Below, piece after piece: positions 61,861-64,000 of a DNA stretch of 64,000 nt. The stretch lies in NCBI RefSeq assembly GCF_009914755.1, contig NC_060928.1; one strand, written 5' to 3'. Source of the DNA: the human T2T-CHM13v2.0 reference genome, Homo sapiens. The notes under the pieces were generated by a model, which ran no database searches, was not told where the DNA came from, and saw only the letters and a program-made list of their open reading frames with translations. The first letter of the stretch is position 1. Each line of letters begins with the position of its first letter. The position numbers were made by a program, and so were the translations under genes.

Positions 61861-62424
61861 CTTTTCACACTCTAAGACTTCAAAGGAACTGTGAGGGGTT
61901 TTTTTTACTTTTACTACTTTTCTCTTAATTGAAATAATTTTAAAAGAGCCAGCTGATACTAAAGAGGAGAGTGAGGGTAAGCTAGGGAGGAAAATTTGGG
62001 CAGCAGATTACACGTTTATTATCTCTGTGTCCACCTGCACACGTTGCATTACCCTTTAAAGTTCAGCTCACATTTAGACAGTGCATGATTTGAAGGCAAG
62101 AGGTCATCATTTATCTTGTTGCAGTCCCAAGTTTTAAAACAGTGTCATTAATTGTACTTTACCTAAATTGGTCACGTTGACAACCTGGCTCTCAAATCTC
62201 ATTTTTGAATTCCAGACCCACAAAACCATTGATCCCTGGCCAGTAATTTCATTTTTTGGTGCATTCCTGTCTTTCCTTTAAACCTAGCTTGCCATAAATG
62301 TAAACGCTGTCATTGATCTTTTTATCTCATTGTGAGAATATCAGTAAGAAAATCATGATAAGTATAAATGTCCCTAAGTGAACATAACTACAACAGATTA
62401 GAACATAGTACAATCAATATATTA

Positions 62425-62590
62425 AAGGAAAAAAGACTGGTAATAAATATACCGATATGATACCAATAGTCATCAATAAGTTGAGAGATTACAGATATTT
62501 ATATTTTGTTAATAATCATATTTTATAATTTTTGTGCATATTTGTAGTTTTATTAGTTATATAATAATCAAAATAAAACACATTTATTTT
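62425..62590 (+). mobile_element. L1ME-type 3' end
   Basis: AAAAGACTGGTAATAAATATACC...GAGATTACAGATATTT...ATAATCAAAATAAAA. Confidence 0.5.
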
Positions 62591-63549
62591 AAAAGTTCCT
62601 GAGAAATGAATGTCTCTTTCCTTTTTAAATTGCTTGAAAAAGATTTCATATGAATTTTCATTATTATCATTATGACAATTAGTGGACAAGTTTTTTGTCC
62701 TTTTTATATATTATCAGTACAAACTCTATTTAATTTCTATTTTCTCAGTCACTTTACCTCCTTGGTTAGATTCATTGCTCCTTTAAAAATTTTTCCATTT
62801 TTTTCCCCTTAATCTTTCTAGGTATAGCTAGCAATACTATACATGTAATCAATTTGGAAATAAATGGTGGTGGTTTTATTTTTGTGCCATTTTAAAATAT
62901 ACTTCAAAGTGGAGTTTATCATTAGTTGTATAATACTGTTTTGAAAATAAGATGTTCAGGATTATGTTTTATGTCTAAACCATTCAAAATAAATTACACA
63001 CACAAGTTAAATATTCTATTTTATTAAAAGCTGTGGCTAACTTTGGTATTTATAACTCAAATGTAAGAAATGTCATTTAATTATTTGAAAATATTAAATA
63101 CCAAGCCCTCTTGAGTTTTCTTAGTGAATTATATGATATTTTGCTGACCTTTTATTTGGTGGATAAGATCATAAATCAAAGTTTTTGCACATGGGCCATA
63201 TTTAAAGTATTGGCATGGGGTGTGGTTGCCTGAAGTGGCTGTCTTCTTAGTCCCTATTTACAATTTTTCACCAGCTTTTAGTAGAAAACAAAAGTTTATA
63301 AATTCAGAGTCTTTGCTTTTTGGAATATTTGCAAATGGAAATGATTATAAGTGATCATTTGAAAAGTTAGACTATCAAATCAGCAGCTGTAAAAAATAAT
63401 TTATCAAAGAAAGTCTGAAATAAAAATTAAAATGTGAGGCAAAATTAGAAAGTAAAATTGAACATATAAACCAAATAAAAACATATACCTAGAGTTTTCA
63501 TGTGTTTATAGCATAAACACTCAAATTAAAGATGTGAAAAAAATTATAC

Positions 63550-63843
63550 ATGAAACTACTCTTTATAATACTATAATTAAGGATACATGTCATTATTAAT
63601 TCACCCAAACTTATAGATTGTACAACACCAGGAGTGAATCCTAGTGTAAACAGTAGACTATGGGTTATAATGAGGTGTCAAAGTAGGTTGTTCATGAATG
63701 GTAACAAATGTACTACCTTTGTGGTAGATGTTGATAATGGTGAATAATAGGGGAGGCTCTGCATGTTAGGGGAGGAAGTATATGGGAAATCTTTGTACCA
63801 TCTGCTCAATTTTGTTGGAAACATAAAACTGCTTTAAAAAGTC
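63550..63843 (+). mobile_element. L1MC1/2 3' end
   Basis: GGATACATGTCATTAT...TGTACAACACCAGGAGTGAATCCTAGTGTAAAC...TATATGGGAAATCTTTGTACC...TAAAACTGCTTTAAAAA. Confidence 0.85.
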
Positions 63844-63844
63844 T

Positions 63845-63975
63845 GTGAAAATTATATGTAATAAAATTTACTATAGTATTTACTACAGTAAGAAAAGTAT
63901 ATGTAATGAAATTTACTGTAGTATTTATTACAGTGAAAATTTTATGTAATTAAATTTACTGTAGCATTTACTACA
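63845..63975. repeat. Minisatellite, three units of 43-45 bp, each with a palindromic core
   Basis: Units at 63845-63887, 63888-63932 and 63933-63975; consensus GTGAAAATTATATGTAAT(A/G/T)AAATTTACTGTAGTATTTACTACA. Confidence 0.9.
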
Positions 63976-64000
63976 CTGCTTCTAAATTCATGTGAAAATA

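Noticed and set aside
63845-63975. CRISPR-like array of palindromic repeats
   Set aside because: The units are head-to-tail with no unique spacers, there are no cas genes, and the context is primate genomic DNA.

Overview
AT-rich, repeat-dense primate genomic DNA, most likely human or another great ape (AluJ/S/Y, L1PA2 and an L1HS-like 3' end are present). It looks like a gene desert or deep intron. I found no credible protein-coding exon, RNA gene or CpG island. The ORF track is explained by decayed L1 ORF1/ORF2, ERVL pol, Alu, MaLR and microsatellite frames. Main contents: a near full-length old L1MA1 (about 21.9-31.5 kb) carrying nested younger insertions, an LTR16/HERV16 (ERVL) 5' proviral fragment, a near-complete MSTB MaLR provirus and an LTR28-like LTR nested in an L1MA8/9, several solo LTRs, six Alus, MIR/L2 relics and small DNA-transposon MITEs. 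I see no evidence of a new biological system. The most notable signals are retrotransposition oddities: (1) an L1PA14 that appears to have 3'-transduced an ERV LTR polyadenylation module; (2) a young L1 3' end with the Ta-type ACA but the ancestral A at the second diagnostic site; (3) a roughly 1.1 kb TSD-less foreign block in the L1MA1 inter-ORF spacer; (4) two L1PA14 copies 9 kb apart sharing apparently non-consensus variants. Family names come from recalled consensus sequences and need RepeatMasker/Dfam confirmation. Boundaries of old repeats are approximate.
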